Origin: Dehalococcoidia bacterium
GTDB lineage: Bacteria > Chloroflexota > Dehalococcoidia > Lucifugimonadales > UBA3495
Assembly: GCA_965204905.1 (NCBI GenBank)
Contig: OZ242042.1
Coordinates: 3,382,153 to 3,446,152 of the forward strand
DNA length: 64,000 bases
Direction: 5' to 3'
This document shows, one piece after another, positions 46,559 through 55,998 of the stretch. Below the pieces are notes generated by a model. The model did not search any database. It was not told the DNA's origin and worked only from the letters and a program-made list of their open reading frames with translations. Every line of letters starts with the position of its first letter. Position 1 is the stretch's first letter. Position numbers and translations under genes: made by a program.

Positions 46559-47740
46559 ATGCCTACTTACGACTTGCTCATCAAAGGCGGCACTGTCATT
46601 GACCCGACTGAGGGGCTGCACGGCGCTCTTGATGTTGGCATTGCTGACGGCAAAATCTCGGCCGTCGCCGCCGACCTGCCCGCCGAAGACGCCGCCCGTG
46701 TCGTGGAAGTCGCCGGCAGATACGTGATCCCTGGCCTCATTGACCTCCACACCCACGTGTACGAAGGCGTCAACGGCAACGGCGTGAATGCCGACATCGG
46801 CGGCGTCCGCGCCGGCGTAACCACCATGGTCGATGCTGGCAGCAGCGGCTGCGATACCTACGGCGGCTTCCCGGCTCACATCATCCCCAACAACCATACC
46901 GAGATCATCCCATTCCTCCACATCTGCCGCACCGGGCTGGCCACCACGCCTGACATCTTCGCGCCCAGCAGCATAGACCTGGAGCGCACCGTGCAGGTCG
47001 TGGAGGAGAGCAACGGAACGATTCGCGGCATCAAGGCCCGCATGGTCTCCCCGGCCCTGGAGATCATGGGCATGGAGATGCCCCGCCAAGCCAAGCGCGC
47101 GGCACGCGAAGCCGGCGTCCGCCTCATGGTGCATATCGGCGACACCGAAAAGCGCTACCCCGCTGAGGTCATCCGTGAACTGCTCCCCATCATGGAACCG
47201 GGCGACATCGTGACGCACTTCTTTACCGCCAACCCCGGCGGGGTATTGGACAGCGACGGCAAGCTGGTGCCCGAGGCCCGGGAGGCCCATGAACGCGGTG
47301 TCTGGCTGGACACCGCCCACGGGCGCGCCAACTTCAGCTTCGACATCGGCGAGCGCGTCCTGGATCAGGGCGTAGAACCTCACTGCATCAGCACCGACCT
47401 CACTGTCCCCGGACGCATCCGCACCGTCCACAGCATGACCGAGATGATGACCCGTTTCCTCGCCATGGGCTTCACGCTGGACCGGGTGGTGGAAATGTGT
47501 ACCATCAACCCGGCCCGCGCCATCGGCGAACAAGATCGCCTGGGCAGCCTGGCCATAGGCAAGCAGGCCGATGTATCCGTGCTGGACATCGAAGACGGCG
47601 ACTGGGTGGTGTACGATGTCCTCGGCAACGGCCGGAAATCCGAGCGCGCCGTCATTCCGGTAATGTCGGTCAAGCGCGGCGAGGTGTTCGAGGCCGGTTG
47701 GGGTCCGCGCCCCTGGGGTTGGACTCCCGACAGCGCGTAA
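46559..47740 (+). CDS. Amidohydrolase/deacetylase family metallohydrolase (dihydroorotase-like)
   Basis: PGLIDLHTH, GIKAR, MVHIG, THF and ISTD metal ligands. Confidence 0.88.
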   Translation: MPTYDLLIKGGTVIDPTEGLHGALDVGIADGKISAVAADLPAEDAARVVEVAGRYVIPGLIDLHTHVYEGVNGNGVNADIGGVRAGVTTMVDAGSSGCDTYGGFPAHIIPNNHTEIIPFLHICRTGLATTPDIFAPSSIDLERTVQVVEESNGTIRGIKARMVSPALEIMGMEMPRQAKRAAREAGVRLMVHIGDTEKRYPAEVIRELLPIMEPGDIVTHFFTANPGGVLDSDGKLVPEAREAHERGVWLDTAHGRANFSFDIGERVLDQGVEPHCISTDLTVPGRIRTVHSMTEMMTRFLAMGFTLDRVVEMCTINPARAIGEQDRLGSLAIGKQADVSVLDIEDGDWVVYDVLGNGRKSERAVIPVMSVKRGEVFEAGWGPRPWGWTPDSA

Positions 47741-47745
47741 GGCGC

Positions 47746-47772
47746 TGGATTCCCGCCTTCGCGGGAATGACG
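47746..47772 (-). repeat. REP-like element, CGTCATTCCC...GGGAATCCA family
   Basis: tggattcccgccttcgcgggaatgacg, followed by a partial tandem ggggaatgacgg. Confidence 0.85.
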
Positions 47773-47891
47773 GTAAAGACGGGGAATGACGGAACGGGAT
47801 TTGTCAGCAGGCACTAACAGGATTGCACTGAATGAGTTTTGAAATGCTCTCAAGCTTGAGTGGCACTTACGTAGCGAAAGAGGATATCAAG

Positions 47892-48812
47892 ATGGTTGAA
47901 GTAATCCTCAGTTCCCCTCGCGGATTCTGCGCCGGCGTCGTCCGCGCCATCGACGTGGTCGAGGAATGCCTAGAACGGTTCGGCCCTCCCGTGTACGTCA
48001 AGCATCAGATCGTCCACAACCCCTACGTGGTCGCCGAGCTGGAACGCAAGGGCGCTATCACCGTCGAGGAAGTTGACGAAGTGCCGGAAGGCTCTCTCGT
48101 GGTCTTTTCCGCCCACGGCTCGCCGCCCGAGGATTTCGAGCGCGCCAACGAACGCAACCTTCGCGTCATCGACGCCGTCTGTCCCCTCGTCACCCGCGTC
48201 CACAACGAGGCCAAGAAGTACCACAGGGAGGGCAAACGAGTGCTGTTAGTCGGACACCAGGGCCACCAAGAAGTCCGCGGGACTATGGGGCAAGCGCCCA
48301 TGACGCTGATCAACGACGCTTCGCCCCTTTCCGAGCAGGCCGTCAGCGCCGACCTCGAGTTGCCCGCCGATACCGAGGTCGCCGTCATCACCCAGACCAC
48401 CCTGTCCGTCGGCGACACCGCCAGCGCCATTGGCGCAATCCAGGAGCGTTTCCCGGCCGCAGTCGTGCGCAACGACATCTGCTACGCCACCACCAACCGC
48501 CAGGACGCCGTAACCCAGATGGCCGGCCTGGTTGACGTCGTGCTGGTCATCGGCGCGCAGAACTCGTCGAACTGCAACCGCCTGCGCGAAGTCGCCGAAG
48601 CCAACGGCACACCCGCCTACCTCATCAACGGCCCCGATGAAATCGATCCCGACTGGCTCGTTGGATGCCAGCGCGCTGGAATCACGTCGGGCGCATCCAC
48701 GCCGGAGGTACTGGTCGAAGCCGTGATCAAAGCCCTCCGCCCCGAGCGCGTAACCCTGCTGGAAGGCGCCGAGGAAGACATCACCTTCACGTTGCCGCGG
48801 GAGTTGCGCTAG
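47892..48812 (+). CDS. ispH: 4-hydroxy-3-methylbut-2-enyl diphosphate reductase
   Basis: PRGFCAGV, IVHN, FSAHG, DAVCPLV, ICYATTNRQ, SSNCNRL. Confidence 0.95.
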   Translation: MVEVILSSPRGFCAGVVRAIDVVEECLERFGPPVYVKHQIVHNPYVVAELERKGAITVEEVDEVPEGSLVVFSAHGSPPEDFERANERNLRVIDAVCPLVTRVHNEAKKYHREGKRVLLVGHQGHQEVRGTMGQAPMTLINDASPLSEQAVSADLELPADTEVAVITQTTLSVGDTASAIGAIQERFPAAVVRNDICYATTNRQDAVTQMAGLVDVVLVIGAQNSSNCNRLREVAEANGTPAYLINGPDEIDPDWLVGCQRAGITSGASTPEVLVEAVIKALRPERVTLLEGAEEDITFTLPRELR

Positions 48813-48823
48813 TTAGCAGGTTA

Positions 48824-48850
48824 TGGATTCCCGCCTACGCGGGAATGACG
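48824..48850 (-). repeat. REP-like element, CGTCATTCCC family
   Basis: tggattcccgcctacgcgggaatgacg, one mismatch to 47746-47772. Confidence 0.85.
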
Positions 48851-48860
48851 AGATTGGGCA

Positions 48861-49886
48861 TTACCACTCCGGACGCGGCGGCCGTTCCATCAGCGCGGGT
48901 ATGCACTCCTCCGCCGGCAGCCCCTCGAACAGCACCCGCGACATCAGCCGCGTGATCGGCATATCCACATCCAGCTTTTCCGCCATTTCCAGCGCCGCCA
49001 CCGTGGTGTTCACGCCTTCCGCCACCGCGTCCATGCCGGCCAGGATTTCGTCCAGCGTCCTACCCTTCGCCAGTTCTTCCCCAACCCGCCGGTTGCGACT
49101 CAATGGGCTGCTGCACGTCGCCATCACGTCGCCCAAGCCCGCCAAGCCCGCAAAGGTCATCAGCTGCGCGCCGGCCGCTATCCCCAACCGTCCGATTTCG
49201 CTCAGCCCTCGCGTCACCAGCGCCGCCTTGGCGTTGTCGCCAACGTCCAACCCGTCGGCCATTCCAGCGGCCAGCGCGATGATGTTCTTGAACGATCCGC
49301 ACAACTCCACGCCCACCACGTCGTCGCTGGTGTACACCCGAAACGCCGGCGACATCAGCGTATCCTGCACCATCTCGCGCGACGATTCATCGGATGCTGC
49401 CACCACTGTCAGCGCTGGCTTGCCGGCTATGACTTCACCGGCCAGGTTGGGACCGGACAGCACAGCAAACCGCTCCGGCGGATGATTGGGCAACTCCTCG
49501 GACAACACCTCGCTCATCCTCAGACCGGCAGGGAGCTCCAGCCCCTTCGTAACGCTGAGCACCACCGCATCTGCGGGTACCTGATGTGCAATGCGCCGGA
49601 GATTCTCCCGAAACCGATCGGAAGGCACGGCAATGATCACGAGGCGGGCATCGCGCAGCGTAGTCTTCGGGTCATGCTCAGGGGAAAGGCTGGCCGGAAA
49701 GGACACGCCGGGCAAGCGACGGGTGAGCTCGCCGGCTTGCCGCAGCTCATCGGCCTCGTCTTTGGTGCGACACAACAGGCGGACGGGCACGCCGGCACGA
49801 GCCGTCAGGATGGCCAAGGTGGCGCCCCAAGTGGTGGCGCCGACGACGATCGAGGGTAGATGGCTGGAGGGCAACGGCGGAGACAT
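48861..49886 (-). CDS. gpsA: NAD(P)H-dependent glycerol-3-phosphate dehydrogenase
   Basis: GATTWG, TKGLE, LSGPNLA, KNIIALAAG, DNAKAALVTRG, GLGDVMATC. Confidence 0.93.
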   Translation of the reverse strand: MSPPLPSSHLPSIVVGATTWGATLAILTARAGVPVRLLCRTKDEADELRQAGELTRRLPGVSFPASLSPEHDPKTTLRDARLVIIAVPSDRFRENLRRIAHQVPADAVVLSVTKGLELPAGLRMSEVLSEELPNHPPERFAVLSGPNLAGEVIAGKPALTVVAASDESSREMVQDTLMSPAFRVYTSDDVVGVELCGSFKNIIALAAGMADGLDVGDNAKAALVTRGLSEIGRLGIAAGAQLMTFAGLAGLGDVMATCSSPLSRNRRVGEELAKGRTLDEILAGMDAVAEGVNTTVAALEMAEKLDVDMPITRLMSRVLFEGLPAEECIPALMERPPRPEW

Positions 49887-49940
49887 GCAGAATATATGAA
49901 TCAATATCTTGACGTATCGGTCATAGCAATGTACGCTAAC

Positions 49941-50020
49941 AGCGTCGGGTGCTCCCTAGAGGAGCTTGAAATGGTCAGCCCAGCCCGACATCAAACGCTT
50001 TAGCCCTCTCAACGGAGGGC
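49941..50020 (-). ncRNA. Candidate structured RNA overlapping and following the DUF3800 stop codon
   Basis: Three stems visible: GCCCUC/GAGGGC (50003-50020), GUCGGG/CCCGAC extended by AGCG/GCU, and a nested GCUCC/GGAGC. Confidence 0.5.
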
Positions 50021-50926
50021 ATTTTGTTTGTACTCGTCCCACCAAGTGCGCACTGTACCAACGAGCGGAGATTGATCTGGCCACACTGCGAGGCCATGCA
50101 AATCAGTCCCATCTCTGCTTCGGTAGAAATAGCGGAACATATCCTCAAAATATGGGTATGACGCATCACGATCACGGGAAGCACGATAGACGTTATACGC
50201 GAGTTGGTCTGCCAGCTGGATGCCGTTTGATAATTCACTCCGCGTGAAGAAGGGGTATTCAACAATATTTTGAAAGGTCGGGTTCATGGTAAGTTGAACA
50301 CCGCCCGGCAGATCGTTGGCCGCTGGACGATGGAACTCTTGAATACTTTGGATCGAAGTGAGCCATTTGCCGTCGCGCAATAGAGACGCGTGTTGCAACG
50401 CAACAATCTGGTTGAGGTTTTTGTCGGTGTCATCCACTATAATTAGTGCTTGATGCCTATTATGATACGTCCTCATATAGCTTTGGATTCGCTGGAGCAC
50501 TAGCTCGTATGCTTGCTGATGCAACGTTTTAATCGTTGTTCCGACCGGCAGAGATCGTTTGTCGATAACTGATGCTATCACCACGGCCTTACGCTTCGCT
50601 ATTTGCGCGAAATAAACTTCAGCGATGTTTCGCAACTCATCCGAGGATAGCGCATTCAGGAAGAGACTGTCTTTTTCACGCGCTCTAGGATTACGTAGCC
50701 AGTTCGACTTGACCTCGCACTGGGCAAGGTCAAAGGTTCCTGCGCCGCTTCGCCTCAAACGTTCAGCTAGGGCAAGCTTCAGCCCCGATACTTCCCGTTC
50801 AAACGGTTGCCACTGCCGTTCGTACATACCGACCGCGAGCAGAACATAGATGTGATCCTTCGGTTTTTCAGGCGTGCCGACCGAAGGATCACGCGAACCA
50901 GATTCGTCCAGATAGAAAAAGTACAT
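50009..50926 (-). CDS. DUF3800 family protein (the ORF track gives the wrong strand)
   Basis: The reverse complement reads MYFFYLDESGS...IIVDD...IQLADQLAY; acidic RNase H-like motif set; AT-richer than the flanks. Confidence 0.82.
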   Translation of the reverse strand: MYFFYLDESGSRDPSVGTPEKPKDHIYVLLAVGMYERQWQPFEREVSGLKLALAERLRRSGAGTFDLAQCEVKSNWLRNPRAREKDSLFLNALSSDELRNIAEVYFAQIAKRKAVVIASVIDKRSLPVGTTIKTLHQQAYELVLQRIQSYMRTYHNRHQALIIVDDTDKNLNQIVALQHASLLRDGKWLTSIQSIQEFHRPAANDLPGGVQLTMNPTFQNIVEYPFFTRSELSNGIQLADQLAYNVYRASRDRDASYPYFEDMFRYFYRSRDGTDLHGLAVWPDQSPLVGTVRTWWDEYKQNALR

Positions 50927-50986
50927 GATTGAACTGCGGGCCGGAGACTCAAAGCCGCCGGCCCGCATTGCGCTGTAGATTGCGGT

Positions 50987-52174
50987 CTAGTTATCCGCGC
51001 CCTGCTTGGTGTTGAAGTGCGGCATTACGTCGCTGGCGAACCATTCCAGCTGGTCCATGGAGGCGCTGGTCGGCATACCCATGTTCGTTACGCCGATGTT
51101 GATCTCCTGGAGACCCGGGTACTTCTCCTGCACTTCCATCAACTGCTCGGTGATCCGGTCCGGCGGCCCGACCAGGTACTGACCGGCCGCCACCGACTCT
51201 TCGATGGTGGGCATCTTGAGGCCCTGGGGCACCGGGCGGCCAAACGCATTCAGCGCGTCCAGTTGCTCCTGGGTCAGACCCGCGATGAACCCCAGCGGCC
51301 CGAACATCTTGACCCGTTCTTCCATCCACAGGCGCGCCTGGTCCATGGCCTCTTGTTCAGAGTTGGCAATCTGCACGGAATAGCCGACGGCCAGGCCCTC
51401 GCCCAGCTCCCATTCCTTGCCGTGCTCGGCGTGAATCGCCTGCCAGCGGTGGATCACGTCGTCGCTGGCGCCGCCGGTGGCCGCGCCGCCGCCGATGATT
51501 CCCTTGATGCCCCACTTCGCCATGAAGTTGATGGCCCGGTCGCTGGCCGACACCACCGGCTGCCACCATTCGACCTCGTACTTCGGACGCGGCACCAGGG
51601 TGATTTCCTCCAGGTCATATCCGCGATACGGCACGTTCGGCGGAATGTTGTAGTGCTTGCCGTGATGCGAGAAACTGCGCTGGTTGAACGCTTTCCAGAT
51701 GACCTCAACCTGTTCCTCGAACAGCTCCCGGTTGGCGTTCTGGTCCATGATGGGCGCTCCGAACGCTTCGACCTCGCGGGTGTGATAGCCCCGGCCCACG
51801 CCGAACCGCACCCGTCCATCCGTCAGCCAGTCGGCAGTGGCGTAATCCTCGGCCAGGCGCAGCGGGTTCCACATCGGGTTGATGTTGAAACCGCACCCGA
51901 AGCGCAGGTTCTCGGTCAGGTGCGCCAGATGCACCCACAGCATCAGCAGGTTGGGAATCACCTCGTATCCTTCCCGCTGGAAGTGGTGCTCCGCCGCCCA
52001 GAAGGTGTCGTAGCCCAGGCGATCCATGGCAATGGCGATCTTTTCGGCCTTCTCAATGCCGCCGCCGGCCAGTTCCTCGTCCGAGAGCCAACGGTCGTTG
52101 GCCGGGGTGCCCTGGTAGCCGGGGTTATCCATATCGACGTTGCCGGCCCAAAGGCTGCCAAACTTAGTAATCAT
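50987..52174 (-). CDS. LLM-class flavin-dependent oxidoreductase
   Basis: DTFWAAEHHFQREG, NPLRLAEDYA, FGVGRGY. Confidence 0.9.
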   Translation of the reverse strand: MITKFGSLWAGNVDMDNPGYQGTPANDRWLSDEELAGGGIEKAEKIAIAMDRLGYDTFWAAEHHFQREGYEVIPNLLMLWVHLAHLTENLRFGCGFNINPMWNPLRLAEDYATADWLTDGRVRFGVGRGYHTREVEAFGAPIMDQNANRELFEEQVEVIWKAFNQRSFSHHGKHYNIPPNVPYRGYDLEEITLVPRPKYEVEWWQPVVSASDRAINFMAKWGIKGIIGGGAATGGASDDVIHRWQAIHAEHGKEWELGEGLAVGYSVQIANSEQEAMDQARLWMEERVKMFGPLGFIAGLTQEQLDALNAFGRPVPQGLKMPTIEESVAAGQYLVGPPDRITEQLMEVQEKYPGLQEINIGVTNMGMPTSASMDQLEWFASDVMPHFNTKQGADN

Positions 52175-52261
52175 CTAACGGATTCCTCCTTGTGGGGGGG
52201 TGTGGCAAGTGGTTTGGGTAATGGTAGCGGGTTTTGCGGGTGATGTCAGCCCGGTCGCCGA

Positions 52262-53488
52262 TTACCGCAAGCCGCGGAAGAACTCCCTCATGTCGGCTAC
52301 CAACTCGGCCGGCTTTTCCAGCGCAGCGAAGTGGCCGCCGCTGTCCATCTCGGTCCAACGTTGCACGTTGTAGGTGCGCTCGGCCCACGACCTCGGCGGC
52401 GTGGAAAGCTCCCTGGGGAACACCGCGATGGCGCAGGGCACGTTGATGCGATCATCCGGGCCGAAATACCACGGCGTCCGGCCGTTCTCGTAGTACAGGC
52501 GGGTGCTGGAGTTGATAGTTTGCGTGACCCAGTAGATCATCACCGTGGTCAGCAGGTCGTCTTTGGTGTACACGCTCTCCACGTCGCCGTTGCAGTCGCT
52601 CCAGGTGCGGTACTTCTCCACGATCCACGCGCACAGTCCCACCGGAGAGTCGTTCAGCCCGTAGGCCAGCGTCTGCGGCTTGGTGCCCTGGATGTGCGCG
52701 TAACCGCCTTCGGCTGCCGCCCATGAAACCCGCTGGTCGATCATCGCCAGTTCTTCGTCGGACAGGCCGGCCGCGAAGTCCCGGCGGTAGCCGCCCTGCG
52801 GCGTGCCGATCACCTGCTCCAGCCGCTCGCGCATACTGAGCCCTTGCAGACTCGCGCCCTGGTAAGGGATCGCCTGCGTAACCGACGTGGTGTGAATCCC
52901 CAGCACGTGGTCGGAGTGATGAAACCCCAGCCGCGCCGTAACGCCGGCGCCCCAGTCGCCGCCCTGCGCCGCGTAGCGCGAGTAGCCCAACTCATCGGCC
53001 ATAAGCCTGTCCCACAACTCGGCGATCCTCCGCGTGTTCATCCCACGCTCCCGAGTCTGCGCGCTGAATCCGTACCCCGGCATCGACGGAACGACCACGT
53101 CAAACGAGTCTGCCGGATCCCCGCCGTGGCTGGCCGGGTCCGTCAGCATCGGGATGATCTTGTGCATCTCGTAGATCGATCCCGGCCACCCGTGGGTGAC
53201 AACGATGGGCATGGGATTGGGCCCTTTGCCCTTTTCGTGGATGAAATGGATACCCTGGCCCTCAATGGTGGTGTAAAAGTTGGCAAAAGCGTTCAGGCCG
53301 GCCTCGGCTTTGCGCCAGTCGAAACCGTCGCGCCAGTAGGCGACCAGTTCCTTAATGTAGTCCAGGTTGGACCCGTAATCCCATTCGGCCCCGGGAATCT
53401 CATCCGGCCACCGCACGTGCATCAGCCGGTGCCTCAAGTCCTCCAAAACGTCATCCGAAACCGATATCGTGTAAGGCTGCGCCGCCAT
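52262..53488 (-). CDS. Epoxide hydrolase (microsomal-type, EHN + alpha/beta hydrolase)
   Basis: THGWPGS, PSMPGYGFS, QGGDWG, GGHFAALE. Confidence 0.92.
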   Translation of the reverse strand: MAAQPYTISVSDDVLEDLRHRLMHVRWPDEIPGAEWDYGSNLDYIKELVAYWRDGFDWRKAEAGLNAFANFYTTIEGQGIHFIHEKGKGPNPMPIVVTHGWPGSIYEMHKIIPMLTDPASHGGDPADSFDVVVPSMPGYGFSAQTRERGMNTRRIAELWDRLMADELGYSRYAAQGGDWGAGVTARLGFHHSDHVLGIHTTSVTQAIPYQGASLQGLSMRERLEQVIGTPQGGYRRDFAAGLSDEELAMIDQRVSWAAAEGGYAHIQGTKPQTLAYGLNDSPVGLCAWIVEKYRTWSDCNGDVESVYTKDDLLTTVMIYWVTQTINSSTRLYYENGRTPWYFGPDDRINVPCAIAVFPRELSTPPRSWAERTYNVQRWTEMDSGGHFAALEKPAELVADMREFFRGLR

Positions 53489-53705
53489 ATCTAGCCTCCG
53501 CATCAAATCTGCAATCAAAGCGTCTGTGTTCCGCCCAAACGGACACGTCCGGCAGTTTAGCACAGCCAGAAAAACGCGGGCCGACCGGCTTGCCGTGTTT
53601 ATCAGCAGTCCATCCATGCTGGGTGGAATGATGACAAATTTCTGCGACATTTCACCACTATCGTGAGTAGCAACAAAAAGAACTTCACGAAAGGAGGAGT
53701 GAAAA

Positions 53706-55187
53706 ATGATTCGCAAGAGCAACAAAATGATGAAGCGGACGTTCCTGATCGGGTCGGTCCTGGCGCTCCTGCTCGCCGCGGGGGTACTGATCGGCTGTTC
53801 GGGAGAATCACAGCACAACGAGGCCGGGAATGCCGCTGTAGCCGCCGCATCCGAGCAGGCTAGCGGCGAATCCTCCGGCGAACACGGCCCCGGCGGGGAA
53901 AGCAGCGGTGGCGAAGGCGGCGGCGAGTCCGGCGGCTCCGGCAGAGAAGAGGCCAGCGGCGCGACCCTAGCCCCGGATGCAACCTTCGACTCCGTGCGCG
54001 CCGGCGCTCGCCTGATCCTCAACTACGACGCTGCCGGCAACGCCTTCCAGGGCACCGTGGAGAACACCACTAGCGGCGTTCTGACCAACGTCAGGATCGA
54101 AGTGCACCTGTCCAACGGCACGGAACTCGGCCCCACCACCCCAGTGGATCTGGCCCCCGGCGAGGTGATGAACGTCAACCTGCCCTCGACTCCGGCATCC
54201 TTCACCGGATGGATCGCCCACGCCGAAGTGGGCAGCGGCGGCGAGGGGAGCGGGTCGGGCGGTGAAAGCGGCGGCAGCGAGAGCGGGCCGGATGGTCCTG
54301 AAGGCCCCGAGAGCGGCGGAGCCGGTAGTGAAGCTGCCAGGGAGGCCGCAATGTCCAGCCCCATCACCCCTCTCAATCAGACGTGGAACGGCGTGCTCGG
54401 TGGACTGGCGGTTTCCGCGTGGTACGACGCGACCACCCAGACCGTCCACTCAACCGTCCAAAACACGCTCTCGCAGACGCAATGCTACGTGCAGTCCGAA
54501 CCTCACCTGAAGTCGGGGAACAACACCGTCGGAGAACTGGGACCCGACCAGTTGGGAGACTTGAACCCTGGACAACAGGCGACCTCCAGCATCTCGGTCT
54601 CCAGTGAATCGAATCTCGCGGGAGTTTCCTTCGACGGATACGTCATTCACCTGGAAGTGTTCGACTGCGGCGGCCCCGGCCCGGTACCGCACACGGGAGG
54701 ACAAGGCGCAGAAGGCAGCGGTAGCGAGGGAGCCGGTGGCGAGGGGCACGGTCCCGGCGGCGAGGGCGGCAGTGAAAGCGGCGGTGAGTCCGGCGGCTCT
54801 GGCAGCGAAGAGGGTAGCGGCGCAACCCTGGCCCCCGATGCAACCTTCGACGCCGTTCGCGGCGGCGCACGGCTCATCCTGAACTACGAAGCTGCCAGCA
54901 ACACCTTCCAGGGCACCGTGGCAAACACCACCGGCGACGTCCTGACCAACGTCAGAATCGAAGTGCATCTGTCCAACGGGACGGAACTCGGTCCCACCAC
55001 CCCGGTGGACATGGCCCCCGGCCAGGTGCTGACGGTGAACCTGCCATCGACCGCAACATCCTTCACCGGATGGATCGCCCATGCTGAGGTGGGCAGCGGA
55101 GCCGAGGGCGGCGGTGAGCATGGCAGCGGCGGCAGCGAATCCGGTGGCGAGCACGGCTCTCGCGGCGAAGGCAGCGGCGGCGGCTAG
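53706..55187 (+). CDS. Lipoprotein with three Ig-like (FxLYD-like) repeats and Gly/Ser/Glu/His-rich linkers
   Basis: LIGC lipobox; two near-identical domains (~53946-54238 and ~54807-55099) flank a diverged third; SGEHG/GGEGHG linkers. Confidence 0.75.
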   Translation: MIRKSNKMMKRTFLIGSVLALLLAAGVLIGCSGESQHNEAGNAAVAAASEQASGESSGEHGPGGESSGGEGGGESGGSGREEASGATLAPDATFDSVRAGARLILNYDAAGNAFQGTVENTTSGVLTNVRIEVHLSNGTELGPTTPVDLAPGEVMNVNLPSTPASFTGWIAHAEVGSGGEGSGSGGESGGSESGPDGPEGPESGGAGSEAAREAAMSSPITPLNQTWNGVLGGLAVSAWYDATTQTVHSTVQNTLSQTQCYVQSEPHLKSGNNTVGELGPDQLGDLNPGQQATSSISVSSESNLAGVSFDGYVIHLEVFDCGGPGPVPHTGGQGAEGSGSEGAGGEGHGPGGEGGSESGGESGGSGSEEGSGATLAPDATFDAVRGGARLILNYEAASNTFQGTVANTTGDVLTNVRIEVHLSNGTELGPTTPVDMAPGQVLTVNLPSTATSFTGWIAHAEVGSGAEGGGEHGSGGSESGGEHGSRGEGSGGG

Positions 55188-55320
55188 GCCAAAGTCGGAG
55201 TTGTCCTTGAGAAGGTATTGAACTTTCAAGGGATATAATCTGACCACTACGAGAATCCTGCAAATGGACGCGGTGTCTCATAGAGGCGCCGCGTCCGAGA
55301 TGGTTCCCGGAGGACTGCTG

Positions 55321-55998
55321 ATGGGCGGCACGGTATTGATAATCGAAGACGACACCAGGATCGCCAACTGGGTCAAGGTGTATTTCGAGCGCGCCGGATT
55401 CTCTGCTGAAGTCACTCACGACGGCGAATCCGGCCTGGCCCTGGCCCGCGATCTGGATCCCGACCTGATAATCCTCGACCTCATGCTGCCCCGCCTGGAT
55501 GGCGTGGAACTGTGCAGAATCCTGCGCCGGGAGTCGGACGTTCCGATAATCATGCTGACGGCCAGAGAAGCCACTCCTGAGCGAATCATTGGACTGGATA
55601 GCGGAGCGGACGACTATATCGTCAAGCCTTTTGACCCGGACGAAGTTATCGCGCGGGCTGAGGCCGTGCTTCGTCGCGTCAAGGGCCGAGTCCAGCAGGT
55701 TATGACCGCCGGCAACATCACGCTGAACGAGACTACCGGAATCGTAACCGTCGATGACGAACCCATTTCCCTGAGCCAGGCACAAATTGCCCTGCTATCG
55801 ACGTTCATGCGTCATCCCAACCAGGTGCTCACCCGCGACCAGCTGATAGCGTTGACCTTTAACGACGAATTCGACGGGTTCGACCGGGCCATCGACAACC
55901 AGGTCGCCCGCATGAGAAAGCAGATTAATCGGGACGGCAAACAGCCGATTCAAACCGTTTACGGGGCCGGCTACCGGTTCGTAGTGGAGGACGAATGA
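55321..55998 (+). CDS. OmpR-family response regulator
   Basis: EDD, LDLMLP, KPF, winged helix with TVYGAGYR. Confidence 0.92.
   Translation: MGGTVLIIEDDTRIANWVKVYFERAGFSAEVTHDGESGLALARDLDPDLIILDLMLPRLDGVELCRILRRESDVPIIMLTAREATPERIIGLDSGADDYIVKPFDPDEVIARAEAVLRRVKGRVQQVMTAGNITLNETTGIVTVDDEPISLSQAQIALLSTFMRHPNQVLTRDQLIALTFNDEFDGFDRAIDNQVARMRKQINRDGKQPIQTVYGAGYRFVVEDE

Noticed and set aside
50009-50968. ORF-track entry labelled + strand
   Set aside because: The translation matches the reverse complement. Annotated as - strand DUF3800 starting at 50926.
53820-54330. Gly/Ser/Glu low-complexity repeats as a non-coding tandem array
   Set aside because: They are in-frame protein linkers of the lipoprotein.
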